64,000 nucleotides of DNA from NCBI GenBank assembly GCA_951406725.2, contig OX597840.1, positions 14,632,001 through 14,696,000 of the forward strand, written 5' to 3'. Shown piece after piece: positions 26,294 through 39,446 of the stretch (the first letter of the stretch is position 1; each line of letters begins with the position of its first letter). The stretch comes from Octopus vulgaris. Taxonomy: Eukaryota. Below the pieces are notes generated by a model. The model was not told the origin of the DNA. It saw nothing but the letters and a program-made list of their open reading frames with translations, and ran no database searches. The position numbers were made by a program, and so were the translations under genes.

Positions 26294-27107
26294 ATATATA
26301 TATAATTAATATTTTAGACATGTTGAAACAAACGTTGTACAGAATAAAATTTAATACCAAATCCATCTTCTCATTACTCAATATATATGTATGTGTGTGT
26401 GTGTACATATATATATATATCATCATCATCATCATTATCCTCATTTAACATCTGTTTTTCATGCTAGCATGGCTTGGATGGTTCGACCGGGGTCTGGGAA
26501 ACCAAGAGGCTGCACCAGGCTCCAGTCTGATCTGGCAGTGTTTCTACAGCTGGATGCCCTTCCTAACGCCAACCACTTTGTGAGTGTAGTGGGTGCTTTT
26601 TACGTGCCACTGGCACAGGTGCCAGGGGAGGCTGGCAAAGGCCACGGTCGGGTGGTGCTTTTTATGTGCCACCGGCATAGGTATCACAACTACAACTTCC
26701 ATTTGATTTTTATTTTGATGTTGATGTACTTGACTCAGTAGGTCTCCTCAAGCACAGCACATCACCCGACGATCCAAGGTAAGCCCAGCAGACCGTCCTG
26801 CGAGCCATGAACTCATAGTTTTATACATGATGATAGTTTTGCAAGTAAATTTTAAATAGTGTCCAGTGATTTAACACTTTAATTTTATATTCAAATTTCA
26901 AGGTGATTCCCCTAATTTTGTTAATTATCCTCTAAAATTTAGATTCTGTATTTTCTTTGAGTCATGTTGCTTTGTAATAAACCTGACACACCTTTAAACC
27001 TCAGGTAAACTGGTATATACAATTGCTTTTACTCGTTAATAGTGGTAACCTTTTGCATCAATATACCTGATGTCCACATTCAAAGAGTTATACTTTTACT
27101 GTACATG

Positions 27108-27724
27108 TACCTTTAAGCATTTAGTGCTTAAATTGGCCATATCCAACCCAAATGTTCAACCTTTTTTATTTTCAAATTAGCCGGATGTAGCCTCTCACAC
27201 CTACCTTACAATATCATTCTAAAGATAAACAATCATTGAAATCTTGAAGCTCTGAGATAATACACAATTAATTCGAGACTGTGAATAAATAAGAATTATG
27301 TTTGACAGAATGATTTGAACACCGAGGGATTAAAATAGCCATCATGTCTACCTGAAATATTCTACTTGTTTTATGTTCAGACAAGCCAGGTCCAGCCTCT
27401 CACACTAACCCTATAATGCTGTTCTATAATTTAACAATCACATCATTGAAATCTTGAAGCTCCAAGATAATGCATGATTAATTCAAGACAATGAGAATAA
27501 ATAAGCATTACATTTGACAGGGTAATCTGAATGCTAAAGAGTTAATCCAGAGCCATATCTTGCCTGAATATTCTATCTGTTTTCTGTTCAGATAAGCCAG
27601 ATCCAGTCTCTCACACCTACCCTGTTATTATATAAATTAACAATCACATCATTGAAATCTCAAAGCTATGAGATGATGAATAATTAATTGATTGATTAAT
27701 TAATCTGAAAGCCAATGGGTTAAA
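27108..27724. mobile_element. Three tandem ~200-bp piggyBac-like MITE copies
   Basis: Shared core cctctcacacctacc...cattgaaatcttgaagct; units end agggattaa, aagagttaa, atgggttaa (GGG+TTAA-like terminus). Confidence 0.6.
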
Positions 27725-30695
27725 TCAGTGAGGACGGAAATTTTTCCTAACCATGATATATTTACATGCACCATGCTGTAAAAATACATTTCAGTTTATG
27801 TGATGTTGGCATCAGTAACTCATAAAATCTGTCTCTCCACAACAATAGCCAATGTCCTTCCTGAGGTCATAAGTACCAAAATGGCAGGTGTTTAAGCAGC
27901 ATTAAATACTTGTTTTGTTCTTTTAAATTTTCATCAATGATAATTTTTGCAAATTCATCCATAAATTTCTTGGCTACTTTGTAAATGTTTGATTTCTCAT
28001 CACCAGAAATCTTTAAATATTTAATGCCCTTCCCTGTCTTCAATATTTGTAACCAACCTCGTGAATAATCCTAGTTACCTTCAATATTCAGTTTGTTTTG
28101 ATCAATTTTATTTTAACGATGACCAATAATCCATTAAGTGGGAAATATTTTATCAGACTTAATGAAGAATCTACTCAATCAACATTTTTAATTATGTTTT
28201 TAATTATCTCCTGTCCCTCATGATCAGCATACAATTTCATCAAGATGACCTTCTCTCTCTCTTAAGGCAGTGAGCTGACAGAAACGTTAGCATGCCGGAC
28301 GAAATGCTTAGTGGTATTTCGACTGCCATTAGGTTCTGACTTCAAATTCTGCTGAGGTCGACTTTGCCTTTCATCCTTTCGGGGTTGATAAATTAAGTAC
28401 CAGTTATGCACTGGGGTCAATGTAATCGACTTAACCCCTTTGTCTGTCCTTGTTTGTCCCCTCTATGTTTAGCCCCTTGTGGGTGATAAAGAAATGAGAA
28501 ACATTAGCATGCTGGGCGAAATGCGTATTTCATCTGTCTTTACATTCTGAGTTCAAATTCCACCAAAGTTGACTTTGTCTTTCATCCTTTTGGGAGTTGA
28601 TAAATTAAGTACCAGTTCCATACTGGGGTTGATCTAATCAACTGCACCCCTCCCCCAAATTTTCGTGCCTTGTGCCTAGCGTAGAAAAGAATATTTATAA
28701 TGATTAAAGCAGTTGGTTAACAATTGGGAGAACATTGGATAGACTGTTTTGTATCCCTGTGCTCAGAGTTCAAATTCTTCCAAAGTTAACTTTGCTTTTA
28801 ATTCTTTTATGGTCAATCAGTGTTGTACTGGGGTCAGGCCTTCTCTTTCTTTCCCTCTTTATTTCTCCTGTCTGTGTGTCCCTCTTCTTGTCAGAAATAA
28901 TCTTTGGTCAGAGGTGCAGCGGGATGAGTTGAACCAAGACTAAAAATGCCCAAAACACACCATGTGTGAAGTGTTGCTATGACAACTACTGACAATAAAA
29001 TTATCCTAACTTAACTGTGCAAGAGAAGCACAACCCAGGATGAGTGAAGTCTTTCCCAACAGCTGACCATTCAACACATGGTCCACAACAGCTGGACATT
29101 GTCCAGGAACCTTCCAAGTACTTCCTGCATTTCTCTGTTTGTAAATTACGTAAAGTGTGTGGCAGTGTGATAAGTAGCTTGCCTACCAACTAGATGGTTC
29201 TGGGTTCAGTCTCACTGCATGGCATTTTGGGCATGTATTATCTACTATAGCCTCAGGCCAACCAAAGCGTTGTGAGTGGATTTGATAGACAGAAACTGAA
29301 AGAAGCCCGTTATATGTATATATATGTATGTATGTATGTATGTTTGTGTGCCTGTGTTTGTTCCCCTAACATCACTTGATAACCGATGCTAGTGTGTTTA
29401 CGTATCCATAACTTAGTGATTTGGCAAAAGAGATGGATAAATTAAGTACTTGGTTTACAAAGAATAAGACCTAGAGTTGATTTGCTGGATTAAAGGTGGT
29501 GCTCTAGCATGGCCACAGTCAAAATGACGGAAACAAGTAAAAGAATAAAAGAATATGTATGTGCATGTGTATGTTTGTGTGTGGGTGTGTATTGTGATTT
29601 CTCAGCTAGCTCACATGCTGGATTAATGCGACATGCTCATATCCATATTGCTTTTGGTAGCCCAAGGACTCGCATGCAGAGTCACCAGGTAAAGTGAATG
29701 AATAGTAAATATTGGTGTATGGTAATAACAGTTGTAGGAACATGTAGTTGATTACCTATTTGGTTGGATTTTTGGGTTTTTTTTCTTGTTTTCTCACTGA
29801 ATAATCATGCATCATCTTTGATAGGAGAGTCCATCATATATATATTTATATTATATAGAGGGCATTATTACACATAAATGCCACATGCTAGGAGGGACTC
29901 TTAAAGTCAAAACTACTAAAATAAATAAACACATCGTACCGAAGCCAAGTCTCGAAGCAAGTCATTTAAAAACAGAATTCAGCTGCATATTACACTGTGA
30001 TTTCGTAATCAGTGCAGTTTTATGCACTTTTCATTCCTCAGTGCAAGCATAATTCAAGATATATAATGAATGAACAAAAACAACATACTAGGTGAACAAC
30101 TATCATATCCAATGCAGCATGGAGAAATGTTTACCCCTTATATATCTATGTAAATGGTGGAATTTTTCGAATTTGGATACGATAGTTGTTCGCCTGGTAT
30201 GTTGTCAGTGGATTTGGTAGACAGAAACTGAAAGAAGCCCGTCTTATATATGTATATGTATATATGAGTATGTGTGTGTATATGTTTGTATGTCTGTGTT
30301 TGTCCCCGCAATATTGATTGACAACCGATGCTGGTGTGTTTACGTCCCCATAACTTAGTGGTTCGGCATAATAGACTGATAGAATAAGTACTAGGCTTAC
30401 AAAGAATAAGTCCTGGGGTTGATTTGCTCGACTAAAGGCGGTGCTCCAACATGGTCACAGTCAAATGACTGAAACAAGTAAAAAAATATCTATATCAGCA
30501 GCAGCAGCATTTAGCATCAATTTTCCATGCTGGTATGGGTAAGATAGTTTGACTGCAACTGATAAGCCAGAGAATTGTACCAGGTTCCAGTCTGTTTCCG
30601 CCTGGTTTCTACAGCTGGATGCCCTTCCTAATGCCAACCACTCCAAGACTGTAGTGGGTGACTTTTACATTTGACTGTCACTGGTACCGTTTACA

Positions 30696-31476
30696 CAGTG
30701 CTGGATTAACCATTAAGCAAAATAAGCATATACTATGGGGATCAAGGGAAGTGGGGAGACACCATAGAAATGGTAAATGGTTTATGGCACAAAATAAATC
30801 ACTTTATATTTGCTAAAATAATATTCCAAATTATTTATATGATCAGAAATATAATTATGAGATGTGTTACCTGTGATTAATTTTGAGGATCTGATCAAAG
30901 ACTTTGCAACTACAAAAAGTAGAAAAAAACTTTTCAAATATAAATAAAGTGGAGGTATACAAAAATAAACATTATTTTCCCTCTTTCTGTTAGTTTTGTT
31001 TTATTTTGAAAAATAATTAATTTTATTGTTTATTATTGTTTGTATAGTGAAGGTACATGGCTCAGTAGTTAGAGCGTCGAGCTTACGATCGTAAGGTTGT
31101 GAGTTCGAATCCTGGACCAGGCTAAGTATTGTATTCTTGTGCAAGACACTTTATTTCATGTTGTTCCAGTCCACTCAGCTGTAGAAATGACTTGTGACGT
31201 CACAGGTGCCAAGCTGTATCGGCCCCTTTCTCTTTCCCTTGGATAACACTGGTGGCATGGAGAGGGGAGGCCAGTATGCCTGGGCGACTGCCGATCTTCC
31301 ATAAACAACCTTGCCCAGACTTGTACCTGGGAGGGTAACTTTCTAGGTGCAATCCCATGTTCTGTCATAACCGAAGGGGTTCTCAGCAATTGTTTTTGTA
31401 TTTTGAATTACGTATAGAGGGGGGCACCAAAATCTTTTAAGTGCTTAGGGCCTCTGTGGGTGTTAATCTGGTCCTG
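30696..31476 (+). mobile_element. Non-autonomous hAT DNA transposon
   Basis: Imperfect TIRs cagtgctggattaac / gttaatctggtcctg; 8-bp TSD cgtttaca (30688-30695) / cttttaca (31477-31484); internal INFEDLIKDFATTKSRKKLF resembles a hAT transposase C-terminus. Confidence 0.85.
31047..31385 (+). mobile_element. tRNA-derived SINE family C
   Basis: tggctcagtagttagagc A-box, gagttcgaatcc B-box; copies at 44007-44370 (+) and 58632-58957 (-). Confidence 0.88.
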
Positions 31477-33765
31477 CTTTTACATGTTACCAGAACTGTC
31501 TATGACTATGGTTCCACTTGGCTTGACAAGTCTTCTCAAGCACAGCAAACTGCCAAAGATCTCAGTCATTTGTTATTGCCTCGTGAGACCCAATATCCAA
31601 AGATCATGCTTCACCACCTCATTCTATGTCTTCCTGGGTCTACCTCTTCCACAGGTTCCCTCCGCAACTTGAGATCAGCACTTCTTTATGCAGCTGTTCT
31701 CATCCATATGCATCTCATGACCATACCAGTGCAGTCTTCTCTTTTGCATACCACATCTGATGCCTCTTATGCCTAACTTTTCCTTCAAGATACTTACACT
31801 TTGTCATACATGCACACTGACATTGCACACCCAGTGAAGCATACTAGCTCCATTTCTTTCAAGCCTTCATATGTCCTCTGCAGTCACATCCCATGTTTCA
31901 CTGCTGTGTTGCAAGGCTGTCCACACACAGGTATCATACAATTTGCCTTTCACTCTGAGGGAGAGGCCCTTAGTTACAAACAAAGGTAGAAACTCTGAAC
32001 TTTGCCCAGCGTATTCTTATTCTCGCAGCCAAACTCTCAAAGCGTCCACCTCCACTGCTGACTTGGTCACCGAGATAATAAAAACTATCAACTACTTCTA
32101 GGCATCACCACTGGCATTCAACAGAGTCTATTTTCTGTACATTACTTGTGTGTATTGTATCTGTATATTTGTCACACACAAAGCCTGTTTTCCCTGTTAA
32201 CCTTCCTCTGATATTGTTGCACCTCTTATGTATCCATAGCTTGCACTGGGTACACCTTATTGAGTTTCTACCTACGTCTTTTCTACATATCAAGCACGGC
32301 CATCTTCCTGAAGGGATTTGTGATTCACCTGCTTTCCTACTTGCTAAGACTACAGTCTTTATCCATTTATCTATCTATTTATCTATCTATCTATGAACTC
32401 GGAAAAATTTAAAACAGAGAGTTACTTACTTGCAAATAAATGTGTTAACATGTGACATTATTGACCGAGGTTACCATGGTCTTTTCCGTAGACTTTTCTT
32501 TCCATAGATAAACCTTTTCTGTTTCCTCCTTTACACTTTACATCATGACATTTCTGTGATACACGATCCCTATTGATCGTTTTATTTTTTATGATCCCTT
32601 TTGATCGAAAACCTACCCCCCCTTTTTTCTTCCCCAAACGAAAAGCTCTACTTTGTAATTTGTCCTCTCTGTGTTCAGCTCTGTATGGCTAATAAAGAAA
32701 TATATCTATCTATCTCTATGTATGTATGCATGTATGCATATATGCATGTATGTATGTATGTAAGTATGTATGTATGTATGTATATAATACATCTACAAGT
32801 GTGGTGTAAGACAAACAAAAGACAGTTACTACATTAGGATTTGAACCATGCATCTATAAGTTGCCAAGCGTATGGTTCACTAGTTGCACCAAATAACATT
32901 TCAACAGCTTTAGCTGTCGACATAGCTGATGTAAAGTGGTTTTTCATTGGATAATAATGGTAATGTCTAATCTCCTTTCATTTCCCCTGACAACTGCAGA
33001 CAATTTAGCAGCTGTACTTGGAGTCTTCTATGTATATGCATGCATGCATGTATGTATATATGTATTAATGTATATGCACACAAGCAGATATATTTAATAA
33101 CAGCTACACGTATACATAGAAACCCATGAACTCGCGCACACACACACACACACATATGCATTTATAATTCATAATTAAAAATAACTATTTATGTTATGAG
33201 TAATTACAGTTCATATTCTGAAGTTGCTCTTAGTCATAAACCTAGGAAACTTCCAGTGTAACACTGGAATCTGATGTAGTTAATTAAGGCAGCCTGTCTT
33301 TGTCTGGTGGCGAAGTGGTTATCAAGTTGTCTGTGATTCTCATGGGATGTGTGAAAAGACTTGGTAACAAAGACTTATTAAGTAAAAACCAAAATGTTTA
33401 TATTTGTTGTGTTGATAGTGAAATTTCTTCTGAGGCTACTTGGTATAATTAGATACATAGTCACCTGACAATTATTGTATTAATAGTCATCCAACTTCTT
33501 CAGTTGGTGACACTATGAGGTTCCAGAACTCTCATAGTGCTTTCAAGTGGCTAAAATGAGTTGATGAATTTCCAGCTCTATCAGCTAGCAGTAATCTGCT
33601 AATAGGATTTGTTGACCCTTAGACTGACCATTGGCTGAAGAAGCTCTTCTACCCAGACTGTGTCATCTAGTTTTGCCAAATGAAGGTCAGTCCACCAAAC
33701 TTCACATCTACCATGCTGCTCCTCGTGACTTCACTGTGGCCCTCACTCAAAGATTTTTCATCTCT

Positions 33766-33875
33766 TAATAAATAATAATAATAATAAATAGAGATACGGA
33801 TGAATTAAAGTTCAAAGATTTCTTATCTTGAGATCACTTCGTTTACGGACAGACTTGGCAAAAGGAATTCGGAAT
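33766..33875 (-). repeat. Inverted copy of the first ~110 bp of the 384-bp array unit
   Basis: Reverse complement of attccgaattccttttgcc...attatttattaa, abutting the array head-to-head. Confidence 0.95.
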
Positions 33876-35291
33876 TCTTGATTCCAAATTCCTTTTGCCA
33901 AGTCTGTCCGTAAACGAAGTGATCTCAAGATAAGAAATCTTTGAACTTTAATTCATCCGTATCTCTATTTATTATTATTATTATTTATTAATTATTATTA
34001 TTCTGATCCCCCTAGTCGCCACTCTGTTTACTATTTCAGCCTCGCCTCGTTTTTGCATATTCTGTATGATTCACTAGTTATCGTTATAGATATTTAAGAT
34101 CTATCTCCCTTATAGAAATTGGCTGCCGATTCTTCGCGGGGTTTTTCTCTTTTTTCTCTTCCCTTCTCTCCCCCTCTTTTTACATTGTCGTCTGTCTGGA
34201 CTCCTCTCTTCCTACCACCCGCCATGGCTATGCATACTTAAGCTAGTAAACTGCCTCATTCTTGATTCCGAATTCCTTTTGCCAAGTCTGTCCGTAAACG
34301 AAGTGATCTCAAGATAAGAAATCTTTGAACTTTAATTCATCCGTATCTCTATTTATTATTATTATTATTTATTAATTATTATTATTCTGATCCCCCTAGT
34401 CGCCACTCTGTTTACTATTTCAGCCTCGCCTCGTTTTTGCATATTCTGTATGATTCACTAGTTATCGTTATAGATATTTAAGATCTATCTCCCTTATAGA
34501 AATTGGCTGCCGATTATTCGCGGGGTTTTTCTCTTTTTTCTCTTCCCTTCTCTCCCCCTCTTTTTACATTGTCGTCTGTCTGGACTCCTCTCTTCCTACC
34601 ACCCGCCATGGCTATGCATACTTAAGCTAGTAAACTGCCTCATTCTTGATTCCGAATTCCTTTTGCCAAGTCTGTCCGTAAACGAAGTGATCTCAAGATA
34701 AGAAATCTTTGAACTTTAATTCATCCGTATCTCTATTTATTATTATTATTATTTATTAATTATTATTATTCTGATCCCCCTAGTCGCCACTCTGTTTACT
34801 ATTTCAGCCTCGCCTCGTTTTTGCATATTCTGTATAATTCACTAGTTATCGTTATAGATATTTAAGATCTATCTCCCTTATAGAAATTGGCTGCCGATTC
34901 TTCGCGGGGTTTTTCTCTTTTTTCTCTTCCCTTCTCTCCCCCTCTTTTTACATTGTCGTCTGTCTGGACTCCTCTCTTCCTACCACCCGCCATGGCTATG
35001 CATACTTAAGCTAGTAAACTGCCTCATTCTTGATTCCGAATTCCTTTTGCCAAGTCTGTCCGTAAACGAAGTGATCTCAAGATAAGAAATCTTTGAACTT
35101 TAATTCATCCGTATCTCTATTTATTATTATTATTATTTATTAATTATTATTATTCTGATCCCCCTAGTCGCCACTCTGTTTACTATTTCAGCCTCGCCTC
35201 GTTTTTGCATATTCTGTATAATTCACTAGTTATCGTTATAGATATTTAAGATCTATCTCCCTTATAGAAATTGGCTGCCGATTCTTCGCGG
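33874..35291 (+). repeat. Tandem array, 384-bp unit x ~3.7, near-identical
   Basis: attcttgattcc starts at 33874, 34258, 34642, 35026; I noticed only three variant positions; CpGs intact. Confidence 0.97.
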
Positions 35292-35368
35292 CGCGCCCGC
35301 CCTACCCACCCCCACCACCAATACCGGATATCTCTATTTTGCTCCAACTATACCGGATGTCGTTTTCT

Positions 35369-36191
35369 CCCACCACCATTATAGGTGTCTACTCTTTGAA
35401 CCCCCTCTTCAATACGCTATTTCACCATGCATTACCCCTCTCTCGATATCCTACGTTCTACTTGCCTAGAACCTGTCCTCTGGACCACCCCTCCCACTGG
35501 TGCTCACCCCTCCCACTGGTGCTCCCCTATATTTCTGCATCCCCCCACCACCATTATAGGTGTCTACTCTTTGAACCCCCTCTTCAATACGCTATTTCAC
35601 CATGCATTACCCCTCTCTCGATATCCTACGTTCTACTTGCCTAGAACCTGTCCTCTGAACCACCCCTCCCACTGGTGCTCCCCTATATTTCTGCACCCCC
35701 CCCACCACCATTATAGGTGTCTACTCTTTGAACCCCCTCTTCAATACGCTATTCACCATGCATTACCCCTCTCTCGATATCCTACGTTCTACTTGCCTAG
35801 AACCTGTCCTCTGAACCACCCCTCCCACTGGTGCCCACCCCTCCCACTGGTGCTCCCCTATATTTCTGCACCCCCCACCACCACCATTATAGGTGTCTAC
35901 TCTTTGAACCCCCTCTTCAATACGCTATTTCACCATGCATTACCCCTCTCTCGATATCCTACGTTCTACTTGCCTAGAACCTGTCCCCCGAACCACCCCT
36001 CCCACTGGTGCTCCCCTATATTTCTGCACCCCCCACCACCATTATAGGTGTCTACTCTTTGAACCCCCCTCTTCAATACGCTATTTCACCATGCATTACC
36101 CCTCTCTCGATATCCTACGTTCTACTTGACTAGTACCTGTCCTCTGAACCACCCCTCCCACTGGTGCTCCCCTATATTTCTGCACCCCCCC
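35369..36191 (+). repeat. C-rich tandem array of five units, long/short pattern A-B-A-B-B
   Basis: attataggtgtc at 35378, 35553, 35710, 35886, 36041 (spacings 175, 157, 176, 155); long units duplicate cacccctcccactggtgct. Confidence 0.95.
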
Positions 36192-36436
36192 ATAAAAAGC
36201 ACCATCCGAACGTGGCCGATGCCAGACCCCTCTGGCACCTGTGCAGGTGGCACGTAAAAAACACCCACTACACTCGCGGAGTGGTTGGCGTTAGGAAGGG
36301 CATCCAGCTGTAGAAACACTGCCAGACTAGACTGGAGCCTGGGGCAGTCCCGAGCTCCCCAGACCCCGGTCGAAACCGTCCAACCCGTGCTAGCGCGGAA
36401 AACGGACGTTAAACGATGATGATGATGATGATGATG
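36192..36436 (+). mobile_element. Young 5'-truncated RTE-tailed SINE fused to the arrays
   Basis: CpG-rich copy ending aacggacgttaaac(gat)n. Confidence 0.88.
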
Positions 36437-37678
36437 AAGGCTATCTCCTCTAAATACCCACTATTGGATGGCTGTTGACTCATACAAGTTCCTCCACACT
36501 TTGATGGGTTTTGTTTTCCATCTTGCAGGGTGTCCAAATCACTCTCCTCATCAAGTAAGTTTGGTGAGGCTGTTGGTTTACTCGCCAACAACCCAACCAT
36601 GTGACAGGGTCGTACTGGGTTACATGTCATCAGTAGCACTTGTTGAGAGTGACCTGACAAGGGATAGATTTATTGTTGATTGTCATGGCTGGATTTCATT
36701 TTTTTTTCTATTTTATGCCACACTTAGACCTGAACAACGACAACTACTATTGTAAGTGTAAAAACAACAACAAGAACAACTACAACAACAAGATTAATAA
36801 ATAACTGAGATGCCTGGCACCTTGCTGTACTCAAGAAACTCATGTTTCGTAGCAGAAGTGTTAAGGCTGCTCCGCTTAGTGAAGAGAATTGTCCTGCAAG
36901 AGTGGTGTACCAGTGCCATGTAAAAAGCACTTGTGCCGGTGCCATGTAAAAGGGCTCATGTGGTACCATGTTAATGCACCCAGCACACAACTTTAGTAAG
37001 GGCAGCCAGTTGTAGAAACCCAGCCAAATCAGACTGGAACCTGGTGCAGTTCTCCAGCCTACCAGCTCTGGCCTCAAAATCAAAATCACTGATGTGGCCA
37101 ATGAAAGTACCACCTGACTGGCACTCATGCCAGTGGGATGTTAAAAGCACATCCGAGTGTGATTGTTGCCAGGGCTGCTGATTGGCTCCCGTGCCGGTGG
37201 CATGTAAAAAGCACCATTTGAGCATGATCATTGCCAGTGTTGCCTTACTCGCACATGTGCCAGTGGCACATGAAATACATTTGAATGTGGTCAGTGCCAG
37301 TGCTGCCGGACTGGCTCCCATGCAGGTAGCATGTAAAAAACACCTTGTGAGCATGGTCGTTACCAGAACCACCTCACTGGCCCTTGTGGTGGTAGCATGT
37401 AAAAGCACCCACTACACTCTGGGAGTGGTTGGCGTTAGGAAGGGCATACAGCTGTAGAAACTTTGCCAGATCAGATTGGAGCCTGGTGCAGCCTTCTGAC
37501 TGCAAACCATCCGACCCATGCCAGCATGGAAAGTGGATGTTAAACGACAATGATGATGATGTATATACATATCTATCTATCTCTATATATATATGCATGC
37601 ATGTATGCATATATATATATATATATATATATATGCATACATATATATCATATGTATATGTATCTCACTCTCTCTCTG

Positions 37679-37716
<38 letters not shown>

Positions 37717-39122
37717 GAGGCAGATGGCCTTGTGGTTAGAGTAGCAAACTCGCGGCCAAGGGATCACGAGTTCAAATCTCAGACCCGGCGATGTGTGTGT
37801 TTATGAGTGAAACACCTAAGCTCCATGTGGCTCCGGCAGAAGGTAATGGCGAACTCCTGCTGACTCTTTTGCTACAATAAATGGCATCTTACCTCAAAAT
37901 TTCTCCCTCCCTTAAATGATGGACTCACAGAGGAGATGGGGACTCCTGGAGACTCCTGGTGGTTTGTTGTCTTTGAAAAGCTACATCAAATTAAGAAACA
38001 GCATGGTTGTTCTTTCATACAGGCTCATTCCTTGCAACCCCCTCCAACTGAGTATTCCTAATATCATGGGCTCGTAAGTGCTGGTGTCATGTAAGAAGCA
38101 GCCATGCTGGTGGTATGTAAGAGTAGCCAGTACACCCTGTAAAGTGGCTGGCATTGGGAAGGGCATCCAGCCATAGAAAGCATGCCAGAATAGACAGGGA
38201 CCCTGAACAGCTCTTTACCTTTTCCACTCCTGTCAAATCATCCAACCCATGCCAACATGGGAAGCGGACATTAAGTGATGATGATGAGGATGATGGTGGT
38301 CATGGTGATGGTGATGATGAACATCAACAACATCTGCAACAACCAAACTATCCTGAAATAGTAACCACAACAACAACAGCATGAACACTGCCATATACCA
38401 TCAGACATCTATATTAAATATATAAGACATCTTTGATAAGGAGCGACCAATAAAATCAATGATGCTGTGGGTGTCATTCATTCACAGAATGCATTGAAAC
38501 ATGAAGGATCAGTTTTGACATGAAGTGACCCCTTAATTTTCTGGAATTGACAACTGAAAGAGTTTCTGCTCAATTAAATAACCCCAGTCGTTAATAAATT
38601 AGACTTAAAGTGGTGATTTCCTGTACAGCGGGGGTGGGATTAGTCAGTGTTAGGGGGATACAATTATAAATTAGATTCAAAAGGATTCTAAATTATTAGC
38701 GGAGGGAGGAAGGGAGAAATGCAACCGATTTGAGGTAAGATGCCATTTATTGTCATAGCAACAAAGAAACTCTTCAGTGTTATTTTTATAAATTAATTTG
38801 ATCTTTACATAAAAATTATTCTTTGGCAGAAATTAAAATTAATATTTCCCCATATTGTTAATTAATATAAATACCATACGTGTGTGTGTGTGTGTGTGTG
38901 TGTGTATACATGTCTGTGTGTTTGTGTATAAATTACACTGATGAACCTGCAGATATTTACATGCGTAAATATTAACAAGCGAAACCATTGGTACATAGGT
39001 AATCATTTTTTTTTTATTTCATATATTTTCATTTGTCTTGTTCATTTAAAATTTTTTTTCTTGAGAACACACTCTTCATGGTTAGGTGATTTGAGATCTA
39101 TATCTAGCATTCCTCTTAATTT

Positions 39123-39153
<31 letters not shown>

Positions 39154-39341
39154 GTACATACACACACACATATATACATATATATATTTGTACACTTATG
39201 CACATTTGTTTTTCCATGAATTATACGTGATATCTATGCAGATGTGTATATATATATATATGTATATGTATGTTATATACATATCAGGGTATATATATAT
39301 ACATATATATATATATACATACATATATATATATATATATG

Positions 39342-39398
<57 letters not shown>

Positions 39399-39446
39399 AT
39401 GAGTTGTCAATATCATCAACTGCAATGCCCATCATGAAACCAATGG

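Larger units (their letters stand above)
30500..32350 (-). mobile_element. 5'-truncated RTE-clade LINE (RT C-terminal region and 3' end), interrupted by a hAT element
   Basis: Minus-strand translations ICRKDVGRNSIRCTQCKLWIHKRC (Cys-rich insert), LEVVDSFYYLGDQVSSGGG, KGLSLRVKGKLYDTCVWTALQHSSETW, RRLHWYGH; stops and frameshifts present. Confidence 0.88.

Noticed and set aside
31047-31120. tRNA genes (also near 3121, 6236, 49806)
   Set aside because: A/B boxes belong to SINE heads that run into SINE bodies; no full cloverleaf or terminator.
35270-35300. HDV-like ribozyme at ggctgccgattcttcgcgg
   Set aside because: Only a local hairpin; could not build P1, P1.1, P2 and J4/2.
35339-36129. ORFs up to 206 aa in the C-rich array
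   Set aside because: Frames shift between units of non-triplet length; a product of the repeat.
33874-36191. CRISPR-like array
   Set aside because: No unique spacers, units far too long, no cas genes, eukaryotic context.
36505-36561. 26-nt exon-like unit (ttgcAG...GTAAGT)
   Set aside because: Appears to lie inside an old LINE relic and shifts frame; cryptic at best.
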